A stretch of DNA of 64,000 bases from Folioceros fuciformis. Taxonomy: Eukaryota. The notes beneath the pieces were generated by a model. It was given only the letters and a program-made list of their open reading frames with translations. It ran no database searches and was not told the origin of the DNA. Both the position numbers and the translations under genes were made by a program. This document shows positions 23,857-36,485 of this stretch, in pieces. The first letter of the stretch is position 1. Each line of letters opens with the position of its first letter. Location of the stretch: positions 1-64,000 of the forward strand of contig JBNGIO010006037.1 in assembly GCA_049999805.1 (NCBI GenBank), in the 5' to 3' direction.

Positions 23857-26800
23857 ATGGACGACTCGCCTGCTTCCCTCGTTCCTGCGTCTCCGGCTCG
23901 GCGCTCTTCTTCTTCCAGCAGCTCTGCCGAGCTGGATGGGGATAGCACCACGTCTTCGCCGTCTTCCAGTTCTTCGGAGTCCACGTCCTCTACTTCATTG
24001 TCGTCGTCTTCTGCTTCTCGAAGTTCGAGCAGGGCGTCTAGCCGCCCTTCATCAGGCTTTTCGTCACCAGTCCATGTTGCTGCTGGTTCCTCCCCTCTTG
24101 TTACGGCTTCCTCTGGTGTGGACTCCGGGCCACCGAAGGTGACATCACAGCTCGCGGGAGATACTGTCACCGAGCTGGAAGATGTGCAGGGAGTGGCCGT
24201 TTCGCAAGAATCTGGGGCTGGAGTGGAAAAATTATCCGGGCTGGGTCGGAATGGACCCACACACGTTTCTCCAGTAGCTTTGGGTGAGCTGAAGAACGCG
24301 GTTGTTGCTGAAGACAACCATGTTGATGTATCACAGAGTGCTCACCCTGACGCTGGGAAAGAAGATCCTTTATCACCGTGGAGTGAGGGTCGCTCACATC
24401 ATGCTGATGGCAGGGCGGAAGCAGGGGACATCGTTGGGTGTGCTGTCGATCCCAGTGAGTCGAAGGTGGCTGAGGGAATCCGAGTGAAGCATCCTGGACA
24501 GATGAGCGTAGATGTGGAGGGGCTGTCCAATCATAGTCAGTTGTCCAGGCTGCCTGAAACACAGACGGGGGTGGACGATGGGCACATTTTGGGAACTGTG
24601 TCGAACGAAAGACTCACAGGGGACAATGTGCTCGCTGTTGCCACTACCCCTGCCCTCGTCGGACACACAGATTCTCAAGATAGGCATGCCAACGACCTGG
24701 ACTCTATCAAAGTCGGCCCTCAGTCACCTGAGAACAGAGTTGAAGAACTTGATCTCTCTGCTGTGTCTGTTGAGTATTCCAACTATCAGGGTCAAGAAGA
24801 AGACTCAGTTTCGATTTGGAAGAATCTCTCCACCCACGAGAAGGGCTCAAACGCAGCCCTGAGTCCAGCATTGGATGGAGATTCTCCGGTGCACAGTCAG
24901 AATGACGGTCAATCCTCTCCTCACCCAGGTCCGTTCATCCTTGAGAAGTAGTAACATCGTAGGCGGGGGTTGGGAAATTAGGATGTAGTCTGTGCTACAT
25001 CCTGCTCTGCAAAAATTTGTCTGTGCAAGAACGCCTTCTGCGTTCACCTTCTGCCTGTCCTGTGGCTTGGATCATTTCAGCCTGGTGCATTTTTGCAGAA
25101 CGAGAAGTTCTCCGAACGCAGTCTATGCCAGCCTCCTCATTATCTCACCGGTATGCCGAAGACCTGGAAAGGTTTAGATCTAAGACGGGAAGGGAAGGCC
25201 ATGAGAGTAGCCCGCATGAGTCCTCCTCAAGGTCATTTGAGAAGGGCGATGTACGGCGAAAAGTTGCAGAAAAAATCAGTGAGCGGAAGAAGGTCCATTC
25301 ATTGCCCATCGTTTGGCACTGACTGGTAGACTTTTGTGATCTTCTGATTGAACTTTTTTGGTTTGTCTGCAACAGAAGAAAATCTTGAAACATCTAGCCA
25401 CAGTGAAGATTGACGGAACTGTGGAGCTTGATGTGGCGAGCAGTACCCGCTTCGCAGATCAACTTTTCGGCTCTTATGATCGGAGGGAAGAAATATCTCT
25501 AAACGGACACCCAGTGGACTGTGACAAGGTCATCCGGCGCTTGCAGATAGTTATGTTGATAGTAGGTACAAGGGGTGATGTCCAGCCTTTTGTTGCCATT
25601 GGCAAGCATCTACAGGTAGGAGCAACGCACTGGGCTTGTTGGTTTGACTAGAGGACATGACCTCCTGGATGTTGTTAGTCATGAAGAGAATGGGTGCCAG
25701 GATGTTTGTATACTTTAAGGTATGAAATTGACCGTCCAGGTCATGTCTTTTCACAGGAGTATGGACATCGAGTGAGACTTGCTTCACATGCAAACTATCG
25801 ACAGTTTGTCACGTCATCTGGTCTTGAGTTTTACCCTCTAGGAGGCGACCCGAAAGTTCTCGCTGGATGTACGTTTCCATGTCCCTGTTGTGGCTAGAGA
25901 ATGTCGAGTCGCATGTGCTGAATTGTTTGTATGGTCGTCCCAGTGGGATTGGTTTTAGTTGGTTACTGTCTGGTTCTCTTTTGCTTTGGAAAATTGAGCA
26001 CAGTTGTCGGCTCATCCAGATATGGTGAAGAACAAGGGATTTCTACCTTCAAGTACATCGGAGATAAGTATTCAAAGGAGACAGATGAAGCAAATCTGTT
26101 ACTCGTTGCTTCCTGCATGTACCGAGACAGATGGTCCCAATGGCACCCCTTTTCGAGCTGAAGCCATTATAGCAAACCCTCCTGCCTATGGTGAGCCTGA
26201 AACAGTGTCCTTCGTTTGCTCCTTGGTCAACTCTTCATTTTGGCTGCTGGTTTTTAGCTTCAGAAGCTGATGAGCAAAATCGGGTTCATTGCAGGTCATG
26301 TGCACGTAGCTGAAGCTCTGAAGATTCCGATTCACATTTTTTTCACCATGCCTTGGACGTGAGTATCTCGCCATTTTCTGATGGACGTGTGGCTTTATCT
26401 GTTCAGGTTTTTCTGGGGCCGCAGTTGAGGGAAGCTACGTTTTCATGCAGCCTGAACTTAAGTCCTGTCACCCGTGCTTCGTCTTCCTCCTCTTTTTCAC
26501 CACTCCCTGAACGTCAGTATTAAACGTCCTTTTGGTTCGGCAATTCTCTCACACAACATAGAAGTCTCTGTATCAGGTTGATGAAATATGACGCCTCTGC
26601 GTACCTCTGATTAACCTGCGGACCAGCAGCTCAATTCTCTTATCCTTCACTCCCTTTTGATGAGGAGCTTTGGTTGTGCAAGAACCCAACNNNNNNNNNN
26701 NNNNNNNNNNNNNNNNNNNNNNNNNNNNNNNNNNNNNNNNNNNNNNNNNNNNNNNNNNNNNNNNNNNNNNNNNNNNNNNNNNNNNNNNNNGGCTGAAATG

Positions 26801-28671
26801 CTAAGTTTCTTCTAAATTGTTTGGTTGGCTGCAATGCCAAGTTTCTTCTGACGACTTGTTCGGTTGACTGCGATGCTAAGTTTCTTCCGACCACTGTTTC
26901 ATCTGCAGACCAACATCCCAGTTTCCACATCCACTTGCACGAGTTAGTGTTCGATCACCAGCTGCTTATCGTGTAAGTGTGTACCCTGGGTCAGTTTTGC
27001 CATAGCTTTTCTGGCAGTCTAATTTGGATGTGAGCTGAACCTACCGTGACTACCTGCGACATACGATGCGGGCCATGTTTATGTAACGGTGGGCCAAAGG
27101 TCGAGGTTGGTTTGAGTTCCATCTCTTTCCATGTGCAGCTCTCATATCAAGTTGTGGACATGCTTATATGGTGGGGCATAAGGAGCATCATAAACAATTT
27201 TCGGAGGAAAAAATTGAAACTCAAACCCATTACTTACCTCAGTGGGTCGCAAGGTTCAATTACAAATTTACCAACTGGGTACATCTGGAGTCCTCATCTT
27301 GTTCCAAAACCAAGAGGTCTGTTCTTACACTTTCAGTTTTTTAACCAGTTGTTGAGAGTTAGCGTGGTTGATAGCTGTTGGGAGATGGTAGTTGATTTTG
27401 GAGAATTGATTGTAGTTTAGTGGACCGCAGATTGGGGGTCCCGAATCGATGTGGTCGGGTTTTGCTTCTTGAATCAGGCTAGTGATTATAAGCCTCCTGA
27501 TGATCTTGTGAAGTGGCTGATGGCTGGAGATCCACCTGTATATATCGGGTTTGGGAGTTTGGTGAGTTCATCGCTTGGAATGTCTTCTCTCTTAGGCTTC
27601 CGATTCTCAAGGATCTTCCGATTCCGCAGTCCATGAACAGAGCAGCACATTCTCACTGGCGTTGTATTACATGGCACTACCTGATTTTGACTGTTGTGGT
27701 TCTTTCCTTCTGAAGCCTGTGCAAGATCCAGATGGAATGACGAATATCGTCGTTAAGGCCTTGGAGAAGACCCAGCAAAGGGGACTAATTGATAAGGGCT
27801 GGGGTGGAATGGGTGCCAAATGTAAGTTATGGCATTCCTCCCTTTTTGCAGAAAAATTTTCACCGCAGGCACTTTCGGGAAGTCACTTTTGACAAAGATG
27901 TTGTGTTGTGGTGTGCAGTGGGCTCCAACCCCCCGGAATGTGTCTACCTCATTGAAAACATTCCCCATGACTGGCTGTTCCCCCGTTGTGCTGCAGTGGT
28001 ATTTATCTAGTTGTGTGATGCACGCGATTGTTTGTCCACATACCAGCTGCTGAGCAGCTGCCCGGCTAATCCAATTGGGTCATATCCACTGTCCAGATCC
28101 ACCATGGCGGAGCGGGGACGACTGCGGCTGGCTTACGAGCTGCGGTGAGACTTTAGCCTCCTGCCCGCTTATTTCTTAGCTGCTGGCGATTGTAAATACT
28201 TGTTCCACTAAAATGTATGGTACCTCCCTCGCAGTGTCCGACAACCATTGTTCCCTTTTTCGGGGACCAACCGTTTTGGGGTGAACGAGTGCATGAGAAG
28301 GGAGTGGGACCTATGCCTATCTCCGGTGGGCATTTCACTCTTGACAAGGTTGTGAAGGCCATTGAATTCATGATGCAACCTGTGGTACGTTCTATAATAA
28401 TTCTCATGTGGCTCCGACGTATGAGCTAGTTAAGACCTTGGACTCATAGCCTTATTCCCATCATTGGCAGGTTAAGGAGCGAGCGGTTGAATTGTCAAAG
28501 AATATGGAAAACGAAGAGGGTGTCCACGGGGCCGTGCAAGCCTTTCATAAGCACTTGCCAGACATGAACGAGCCACCAGTACCGGTTAAACTGCCGCGTA
28601 GTTTCTCTGGAAAGCTAGCTGATGCATTCAGTCAGGTGGCTACTTGCTGTAGCTCTTCGAGTAACAGGTAG
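23857..28671 (+). CDS. UGT80: Sterol 3-beta-glucosyltransferase (UGT80 family) with a long Ser-rich low-complexity N-terminus, multi-exon
   Basis: Motifs IVMLIVGTRGDVQPFVAIG, HRVRLASH, AIIANPPAYG, FFTMPWTPTSQFPHP, WSPHLVPKP, VYIGFGSL, PHDWLF, HHGGAGTTAAGL and VPFFGDQPFWG. The start codon is uncertain. Confidence 0.92.
26691..26790. other. Assembly gap (100 N) inside a UGT80 intron
   Basis: Run of N. The flanking exons are both present (MPWT before; PTSQFPHPLARV at ~26909). Confidence 0.99.
26791..26900. repeat. Intronic minisatellite, ~36-39 bp unit, at least 3 copies, truncated by the gap
   Basis: G(G/A)CTG..ATGC(T/C)AAGTTTCTTC recurs three times. Confidence 0.75.
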
Positions 28672-28992
28672 GAATAGTCATCGGGTTTAGTGAGAATGTG
28701 CAAGGGCAATGTTTTCGTGTGTGTCAGCGGTTAACTGGATCCTTCACATTTGAGTCGTGACATGGAATTTGGTGAATACAGAGGCATATTGCCCGTTTCA
28801 CTATGATGAAGGCGGAATATGTGAACATGTACAGTGAAGTGTAAAATGAAGTATTTATGTAGTTACACAACAGGACACATTGCGCAACGGGTTTTAATCA
28901 TCCATCCATATTATTATCAGCAATGCCTGAGTTTATGACTATACAGGTGGATCTGCTCTATCATTTTCTTTCACACTTGAAAAGTACGAGCC

Positions 28993-29981
28993 TTAATTTG
29001 ACAACTTCGTGGTTCGCAAGTAACCCTTTCCAGACGGCAAGTTCTCGGTTTTATAACCCTGTGGAAACTGTGTTTTGACATCGTCGTTGTTGACCGCAGG
29101 CGAGATTACCACATCATCCCCCTTCTTCCAATCTGCCGGCGTCGCTATTTTGTGCTTGGCAGCGAGCTGCAAGGAGTCCAGAACTCGAAGGACTTCGTTG
29201 AAGTCGCGTCCAGTTGTCCCAGGGTAAAGGAAACTCAGCTTCAGCTGTCAACCGAGCAGACAAGTTACGATGGAATGTTGTCAGTCTACGGATTTGTTGT
29301 ACATTGGGTGTTGTAAAATCATATCGGGCGCGCAAAGGACAGGGAAAGAGACCTTTTTGTCAGGTCCCACGATATGCAGAGCGCGAGAAGCGAGGGGCTT
29401 TCCACTTGGATCTGTAACGTCCTTGTCCAACATGTTCAGTGTTCCGGTTACCTTACGATCTGGATCTGCCAAGATGGGATAATTTATCTTCGTCTTCTGC
29501 AAAGGATTGTCAGACGACATGAGAGGCAAGAGTGGGGTCATGGCATATGTGGCATGGAGAAGGAAGCAGTCCTACGACTCACAGAGTAGGCTTCGATATC
29601 CTTGATCCAGCCGACGTGGTCCTCGACACTGTCGGTGGACAGGCCAAGCAGCTTAGCTCCTCGCTTCTTGAACTCCTCCTCATGTTGTGCAATCCTGCCT
29701 AGTTCAGTTGTGCACACTGGGGTGTAGTCGCCTGATGCATGAGAATGGTAGCAATGTCATCATGGTTCTGATTCGAGGCGTCGGAGGCATCCACTACAGC
29801 ATTCTGGAGCATTAGAAATTTACTCGGACGTCAAAAGCCAACACGAAATGTATGCAACGCTACCTGGATGGGAGAAAATGATGCTCCAGTCGTTCCCGAT
29901 CCATTCATGCAGTTTGATGCGGCCCTGCGTGGAATCAGCTTCGATGTTTGGAATCACATCGCCCAAAGACAAGCACGACAT
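28993..29981 (-). CDS. PER1: 1-Cys peroxiredoxin, multi-exon
   Basis: [62 protein letters not shown] and LPSGKGYLR. Confidence 0.95.
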
Positions 29982-30566
29982 TTTGGCAGACTTCGACTCG
30001 GCGGGCGAGTGCGGAAACAGCGGTGGCAGTGTAACTGGAAGACGGAAGACTCCAGGAATTAGAAGCAAAGGGAAGATTGACTGCAGAATGATGGAAGGGA
30101 ACTAGTTTTGAGGACAGACGGCATGCGGAGTCTCAACTTGTTCCGAACGGCCTGCATGGCTGCTACGTAGCCTTCTAGTTGGCACTGCAAATCGTCTGGC
30201 GCGTGTCAGTTGGTCTCAGCTTGTATGCTCAAAGCTGCGAGCATGAACACATGCCTTTCTCACCTGCATTAGACCAGCATCCCACTTTACAAGGCCTGGT
30301 TGCGTTCAACGAGCAGCCCAACAATTAACCTCATGAATAGCTCTGAATCACTTGAATCGTTTTCGTGTTCTTACGGTACGCCAATAAATAGTGATAAAAA
30401 CAGCTCAAACCTAGGTTACAAAAATCGGCTTCCGCCGGTGTCTGAAGCCACGCGGAGGTTTCTCCATGAAGCGAGAGCGGCCTCCATAGGGTCGGGTACA
30501 CGGGCTTCAATTACCAAGTGGTAGAATTGTCATGCCCAAAACCTCTTGCAGAGATACTCGGTTGTC

Positions 30567-32433
30567 CTAAATGTCCATGATCTTGATGACAGAAGCAACA
30601 CCAATACGATGCAGGGCCACCACCGAATCGCCATGCTTACAGAGACCCCTCTTCACAGCATACTTGATAGCATCGTCAAGAATCTCATCAGTCGTGTCCG
30701 AGTCAGTGGCTTTGGCAGATCCCTCCGCAAGCAGAGGGATCAACCCTCTACACACAAGGCTGTGACGAGCCGGCGACTCTTCGCTGCAGGACCACTCCAG
30801 GCTGTCTGTTGTCAGAACTGGGACAGCAACAGATAATATGGGTACCGACGGCCGGTACTTTGCCACCAGTTTTGCCGTGCTGCCACCCCGAGTTAACACC
30901 ACAATCAACGTAGCCCTGACTTTGTTGGCTGTTCTCACGGCAGATGAGGCCAAACTCTCCAGAGGGCTCATAGGCATGGGTGCTGCCTTCATAATCTCTT
31001 TGAAGATAAAAGCGTAGTCAAGAGAAGCCTCTGCCTCCTGACAAATGCGAGCCATCACCCTCACAGCTGTCTCCGGATACGCTCCTGCTGCTGTCTCTCC
31101 ACTGAGCATCACAGCGTCAGTTCCATCAAGCACAGCGTTACCCACATCCGTGGCTTCAGCCCGCGTTGGACGAGGAGATTTGATCATGGACTCCAGCATC
31201 TGAGTAGCTGTCACCACCGGCTTCCCTGCAGAGTTGCATTTGTATATCATCATCTTCTGCGCCAGGAAAATCTTCTCTGTAGGAATTTCCATTCCCAAAT
31301 CTCCTCGAGCGACCATGATTCCATCAGTTTCGCGCAGAATATCATCAAAATTGACCAATCCTTCTTGGTTTTCCACCTACGGAAAACAAACACCCAAAGA
31401 CAGCTCAGATTTCAGCACCAGCCAAGCGTCCTGGAGTGTACGACAATGCAACCATGAGACCTGCTGGCCAAGGAAAGGTATCTGTACCTTCGAGATGATC
31501 TGGATAGTCTTCGCGTGCTTGCCAAGCAATTGCCTAATCTTCACAATGTCCTCCCCCTTGCGTACGAAAGAGGCAGCAATAAAGTCAATCTTGTTGGGAA
31601 TACCCCAGATGGTGATATCATCAACATCCTTCTGGGTAACAGTTGGCAGGTCCACAATGATCCCAGGCAAATTCACATTCTTCCTCTCCCCCAGGACTGC
31701 GGTATTCTCACACCGAACTTTCACAACACCCTTGTCAGGGTGAGTAGATACGACAATCAAGGTAATGGTGCCGTCAGCACACAAAATCACGTTCCCTGGC
31801 TTCAAATCATTCGCCAACTTCTTGTAGCTCATGGCTATGGTGTTCTCATCACCAACAACGTCATAATCCGTTGTGATGGTGATCTCCTTGTCTCGTACAA
31901 GCTGCACGGGCTTCCCACCCTTCAACAACCCAGTTCGAATTTCTGGACCCTGGCACCCGACAATAGGAGCCACAATGAGAACTTCCCCACTCAAGAACAA
32001 TAAGACCACATTTCAAGATACAACCACCTAACAAAGGATCCGGCACAAAACTTCACACCCACGTTACCTAACAGCAGCACAAACAAAAGCACAAGCATCC
32101 CAAAAAAACCCTGCCGTCTCTGACACTCCCACCACTGCCCAGCAATGACCCAGAGACGCACACCTTGGTATCCAGCAACACCGCGCACATGACCTGAGTA
32201 GACGCCATGGCCTTCTTCAAATTGTCCAAAGTCTCCTGATGGTAATCGTAGGACCCGTGGGAGAAATTGAACCTCGCCACATTCATCCCAGCGCGCAGCA
32301 GGCCCTCCAGGACGGGCACCTCCCGCGACTTAGGGCCCAGGGTACAGATGATCTTGGTCTTGTTGAGGGGCACCGAGGTCGGCGCGACGTCATTGGACTT
32401 GTTGAGCAGCTCCTGTATGTTGATGGTGGCCAT
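30567..32433 (-). CDS. PK: Pyruvate kinase, cytosolic type, 3 exons
   Basis: KTKIICTLGPKSR, ARFNFSHG, DTKGPEIRTG, ERKNVNLPG, MVARGDLGME, TQMLESM and AVMLSGETA. No transit peptide. Confidence 0.97.
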
Positions 32434-32982
32434 GGCGGCTGCGGCTGAACGCCTGTGCTTCAAGGAAACTCCCCGCGGTCCGCAGCCTGCCCTCGGCTCC
32501 TCCACAACCAGCCCCTTCTCGTATCCGGACAGCCCCTCCCCGTGCCAAAGCTTGATGGCAAGCTGGCCCTGCTCCAACGCAACGCAAGGCTGTTGCAGGA
32601 AACGACACCACGCCGAGGCCCGCTGATCCAAGCCCGAAAAGGTCGCAAAGTGTCCAAGCCGACACAGCGCTGTGAATTGGGAGACTGATGCGGCCCTTGT
32701 TCTGATTCCTCGGAATCTCCTCCCAGGACGTCCGCGTTTTTTCCATGTCTTTTCCCTTCTGCAAAAGAGTTTTCCATCAATCGTGTAAACAGAACCTCGC
32801 GCAGGGCAGGTAAACTACAATCTAACTCTAACTACAGGCGTACGTAAAGTACACATTATTTCGTAATTACCAGGATTAAAACTGCTTGTAAGTGACAGGG
32901 TGAGGAGCTAGTGACGACCGGCTTGATGAGGAAGGAGCATTATCCAGTCGTGTCTAGAGTTGTGCGCCGCGAGCTTCTGGCT

Positions 32983-33831
32983 ATGGCGGCGACCTCCTCC
33001 GCGTACCTCAGTCTGGGGAGCTGCGCGGCGGTGTGCATGCTGCCCCAGGCGCAGGTCTCGGGCGGGGGGGCCTGCTGCGGGGCCTTGGAAAGGCCGTTTC
33101 TAGGGCTCAGTCTGAGGTGCGGGAATGCGGGGATGCATACGGCGGCGGCTGGGGCGGTGGGGCTGAGAGTGCACGCCAATGCAGCGGCGGCGGTGGAGTT
33201 GGCGGAGTCGGATGGGTCCAAGGTTCAGCGGCTGAAGCTGGCTTATCTCACCAAGGTGGTGCCGGCGCTGAAGGAGGAGTTCAAGTACACCAACGACATG
33301 GAGGTGCCGAAGGTGAAGAAGGTGGTGGTGAACTGCGGCGTCGGGGAGGCGGCGCAGAATGCTAAGTCCTTGGAGTCTACGGTGCGGGATATCTCGCTCA
33401 TTACCGGGCAAAAGCCGATTGTGACCAGGGCGCGGAAGGCTATTGCCGGGTTCAAGCTCCGGAAGGGAGTGCCAGTGGGAGTGGTCCTTACGCTGCGCGG
33501 TGAGCTTATGTACTCATTTCTGGACAGGCTGCTGAACCTGGCCCTGCCCCGGACGCGGGATTTTCAGGGGGTGAATGCGTATGGCTTCGATGGCCGGGGG
33601 AACTACACGCTGGGAATGCCGGAGCAGAGCGTGTTCCCGGAGATCAAGTTCGAGAACATCGACAGGCAGAGAGGGATGGACATCTCCATCGTCACAACTG
33701 CCAAGACAGACCAGGAGAGCCAGAAATTGCTCAGCTTGTTAGGGATGCCTTACAAGGAAAACTCTGTCAAGGCCATCAGGTTGCGGAAGAAGGGTAAGCT
33801 GATCGGCAAGGGTGGGAAAAGGCGCAGATAG
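32983..33831 (+). CDS. RPL5: Plastid 50S ribosomal protein L5 (nuclear-encoded), intronless
   Basis: Ala/Ser-rich transit-like N-terminus, then [42 protein letters not shown] and [11 protein letters not shown]. Confidence 0.95.
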   Translation: MAATSSAYLSLGSCAAVCMLPQAQVSGGGACCGALERPFLGLSLRCGNAGMHTAAAGAVGLRVHANAAAAVELAESDGSKVQRLKLAYLTKVVPALKEEFKYTNDMEVPKVKKVVVNCGVGEAAQNAKSLESTVRDISLITGQKPIVTRARKAIAGFKLRKGVPVGVVLTLRGELMYSFLDRLLNLALPRTRDFQGVNAYGFDGRGNYTLGMPEQSVFPEIKFENIDRQRGMDISIVTTAKTDQESQKLLSLLGMPYKENSVKAIRLRKKGKLIGKGGKRRR

Positions 33832-34552
33832 ACGATGGCCTCCTTGTTTTTTTTGGAAGCTTTAGCCTTAGCCGGATTTCTGCTGCCAGCGTAAGCACAC
33901 TCTCTTTATCGTGGAGCTTCAAAGTGGCCACGTCTGAGCGCCTGTGAGGCAGAAGTTTCTGCTTGCACCAGCCCTTTTTGTACATGAGGCTCATTTGTCA
34001 TGTTTCCTGGCTAGATAATTCCATCTAGGTACACCTTCCCTCGCGACCGATTAGTAGTACATGCTTGGCTAGCTTGCACATTTCTCCTTCGCTATCCGGA
34101 CATTGGAAAGGTGTAGCCTGGAATCATACTGATCAAGTGGAAACAGCCTCCAGTCAGCAGAGACAACTTGACGGTTTTCAGTTAAGAGAGCCGGGAAGCA
34201 ACACATTCCCGAGTGGTGAACATCTACACGTAAGAGTTGTTTGCTACAGCATAGAGATCAGCAGTGTCGGGAATCCGGTGTACGGAACCTAAGTGATTAA
34301 CTAATACTGGACAACCCGATTCCAATCAGCGGGACGCCCGATCAAGCCTGCCAAGCTTGCAGATACATCGCGCAGGAAACCAGACAATGAAGCCTGGTTT
34401 CTTCACTTCTGCTATCACTGTCACGAAGGTGTGAGCTGCGCCAAGCCGTCCCTCGTTAAACAAAAAGGCAGACTGCAGCGCCACGTCGTCATCCGCATCG
34501 CGAAGAACTAGCCGATGCACACACGAGACGAGAGAAGGAGCCTAATCAGGCC

Positions 34553-35101
34553 TCAAAGATTTACATCTGCTCCCTCCTCAGCAAATCCCCAAAAGTCATT
34601 ATCATCGTCGGATTTGCCTTTGGCCCCAGGGCCCTTGGAACCCTCCTCTCCCTCCCGAGGAAGAAAGGTCCGGCGAGGCTTCTTCCTGCGGGCGGCCTGC
34701 TTCCGCTTCACAATATCCTGAGGCGTTTCAAAGAACCGGCGGCGGCGGCACTCCGGGATGACGCCTGCCAGCATCACAGCCTTCCTAAAGCGGCGCACAA
34801 CGCTGTCAGGCGCCTCATCCTCCCCGCAGAACACCTGCGCGTTGTAGGCTCCCTTGAACCACATGACGTTAGCGTGCTGTAACGCCGGGCAGCTCACGGC
34901 GGCGACAGCAGCCGCAGTGTCCGCCCCAGCGTCCGCGGTCCAGCTCAGTCCCGCCAGTGCAACGTTCTGTCTCGCCTGTGCCGCCAGCCCCAGCCGCACA
35001 TGGCTGCTCCCGGCGATTCCCGACGTCGAAGCTTCGGCGCTGCAGCGCGGCGACACGACAAGCCGGGAAGAGGAGGCCAGCACGCAGGTGGCGTTCGCCA
35101 T
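34553..35101 (-). CDS. RPS21: Plastid 30S ribosomal protein S21 (bS21c), intronless
   Basis: Transit peptide, then CPALQHANVMWFKGAYNAQV and VVRRFRKAVMLAGVIPECRRRRFFETPQD; acidic DDDNDFW tail. Confidence 0.88.
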   Translation of the reverse strand: MANATCVLASSSRLVVSPRCSAEASTSGIAGSSHVRLGLAAQARQNVALAGLSWTADAGADTAAAVAAVSCPALQHANVMWFKGAYNAQVFCGEDEAPDSVVRRFRKAVMLAGVIPECRRRRFFETPQDIVKRKQAARRKKPRRTFLPREGEEGSKGPGAKGKSDDDNDFWGFAEEGADVNL

Positions 35102-35262
35102 CGCTCTTGCCAGCTCTCTTCTCTTTCACACCCTTCGCTCCGCTGGATCAAGTCCATTTCGACGGGTACGGGAACCGTCCTCCAGAACGTTACGGACTCC
35201 TTCCTCCTACCAGCGGTCGTAAATCGTCCGAATGAAATAAGAAATACGTCTCAAGAAACACA

Positions 35263-35271
35263 AACCCCTAA
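35263..35271. promoter_or_regulatory. Telo-box (AAACCCTAA) upstream of RPS21
   Basis: Exact AAACCCTAA about 160 nt upstream of the RPS21 ATG. Telo-boxes are common in plant translation-gene promoters, but a single short motif is weak evidence. Confidence 0.35.
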
Positions 35272-35303
35272 CAAACCTAAAAGTCGTCACTCTAAAACTC
35301 CAG

Positions 35304-36485
35304 TCACTTCCCAGCAACATGACGACTCCACAACACGGCATAGCCATCGATAATGGCCCCCATGGCAGCGATGGTGCCATCATGCTCCTTCTGCATGGCC
35401 CGCACTTCCTCTTCCTTGGCCTGGAGCTCCAGCTTCACCGTCTCCAGGTCCCGCCTCATCTCCTCTAATTCAGCCCTGGCTTTCTTCAGCTCCTTGTCTT
35501 CCTCCCCCTCCGACGACGTCGATCCTCCTTCACGAGTCTTCCTCTTGGCAGAAGCCTTCCCCGGAGCCTGACCTCGACATTGCCGTGAAATCTTAGACTT
35601 CACGTCGAAACCAGTACTCGCTTGGCTAGCCAAATGACACAGCCTACGAGACCACCTGGTCGGGAATTCATTCAAATTCCTCGTCCTCTTCTTCCTGACC
35701 CCGTCCGATATCGGGTTTCCACCTTCCCCACCCAGTCCCACGTTCCTGTGCACCCTCGCTTTAGGCAGGGACGGTAGCGCAGCGCTAACATACGCTAGCA
35801 GGAGCTCCTTGGCAGCTTTCGGCAAAGGCTTGTCACGCGTCGTCCGCAACCTTCTCCTCACGTAATCCACTCGATGCTGCGCCCAGTTGTAGACCTCGCC
35901 ATGGAAAGAGGCACCAATGAAGGCGCACGCCTGCCCCACCGTCACCACGGCAGGATGCCTGGAGAGGAAGAGCCTATCAATGTGCGCCAGGACGTAGTGC
36001 TGGAGCCTGGGGTACATGTCCTTGAGGAACACCCCGTTCCTGCACGCGTGGTCCTTCCCCCGCGGCTGCTGCAGGTGGTCCTTCACCGATTCGTAGAGAG
36101 ATGCGTATCCCCGCGCGGGCACGGAAGAGCCAGCGTAAGAGATCCCGAGCACTCTCCCCACCACGTCCGGGGCCAGCGACAAAGCCCAGCCATCGTTCAC
36201 CTGTATCATGCTCGGTTGCTCCTCCCCTCCGTCGTGGAATCCGGTAATCTGGAACACCTGGCTGATCCACGCAGCCCTCCTCAGGCAATTGTGGAACGGC
36301 AAGAGCTCCCCGTCCCAGCCCAAACAAGCCAGCTTCGCCAGAAACAGCTCCGACCTCTTCCACCTCCTCCCGTGCTCCACCCATGTCGGATCCACCTCCT
36401 TCTGCGCCAATCGCCACTGCTCGCATGCAGCCCCGGCGCGCCCCTCCTCTTCCCCCGCCTCCTCCTTCACATTCGCCTCCATCAT
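35304..36485 (-). CDS. Uncharacterised intronless 393-aa protein, possibly related to plant retrotransposon accessory ORFs, with a C-terminal coiled coil
   Basis: Long GC-rich open frame with ATG start. Contains IQVNDGWALSLAPDVVGRVLGISYAG and YNWAQHRVDYVRRRL, followed by a basic stretch and an ELKKARAELEEMRRDLE coiled coil. Confidence 0.6.
   Translation of the reverse strand: MMEANVKEEAGEEEGRAGAACEQWRLAQKEVDPTWVEHGRRWKRSELFLAKLACLGWDGELLPFHNCLRRAAWISQVFQITGFHDGGEEQPSMIQVNDGWALSLAPDVVGRVLGISYAGSSVPARGYASLYESVKDHLQQPRGKDHACRNGVFLKDMYPRLQHYVLAHIDRLFLSRHPAVVTVGQACAFIGASFHGEVYNWAQHRVDYVRRRLRTTRDKPLPKAAKELLLAYVSAALPSLPKARVHRNVGLGGEGGNPISDGVRKKRTRNLNEFPTRWSRRLCHLASQASTGFDVKSKISRQCRGQAPGKASAKRKTREGGSTSSEGEEDKELKKARAELEEMRRDLETVKLELQAKEEEVRAMQKEHDGTIAAMGAIIDGYAVLWSRHVAGK

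Noticed and set aside
23679-24317. 212-aa acidic minus-strand ORF
   Set aside because: Reverse complement of the Ser-rich UGT80 N-terminal exon.
32983-35101. RPL5 and RPS21 as a plastid DNA insertion or operon remnant
   Set aside because: Both are GC-rich, have transit peptides and are convergently oriented; they are ordinary nuclear genes.
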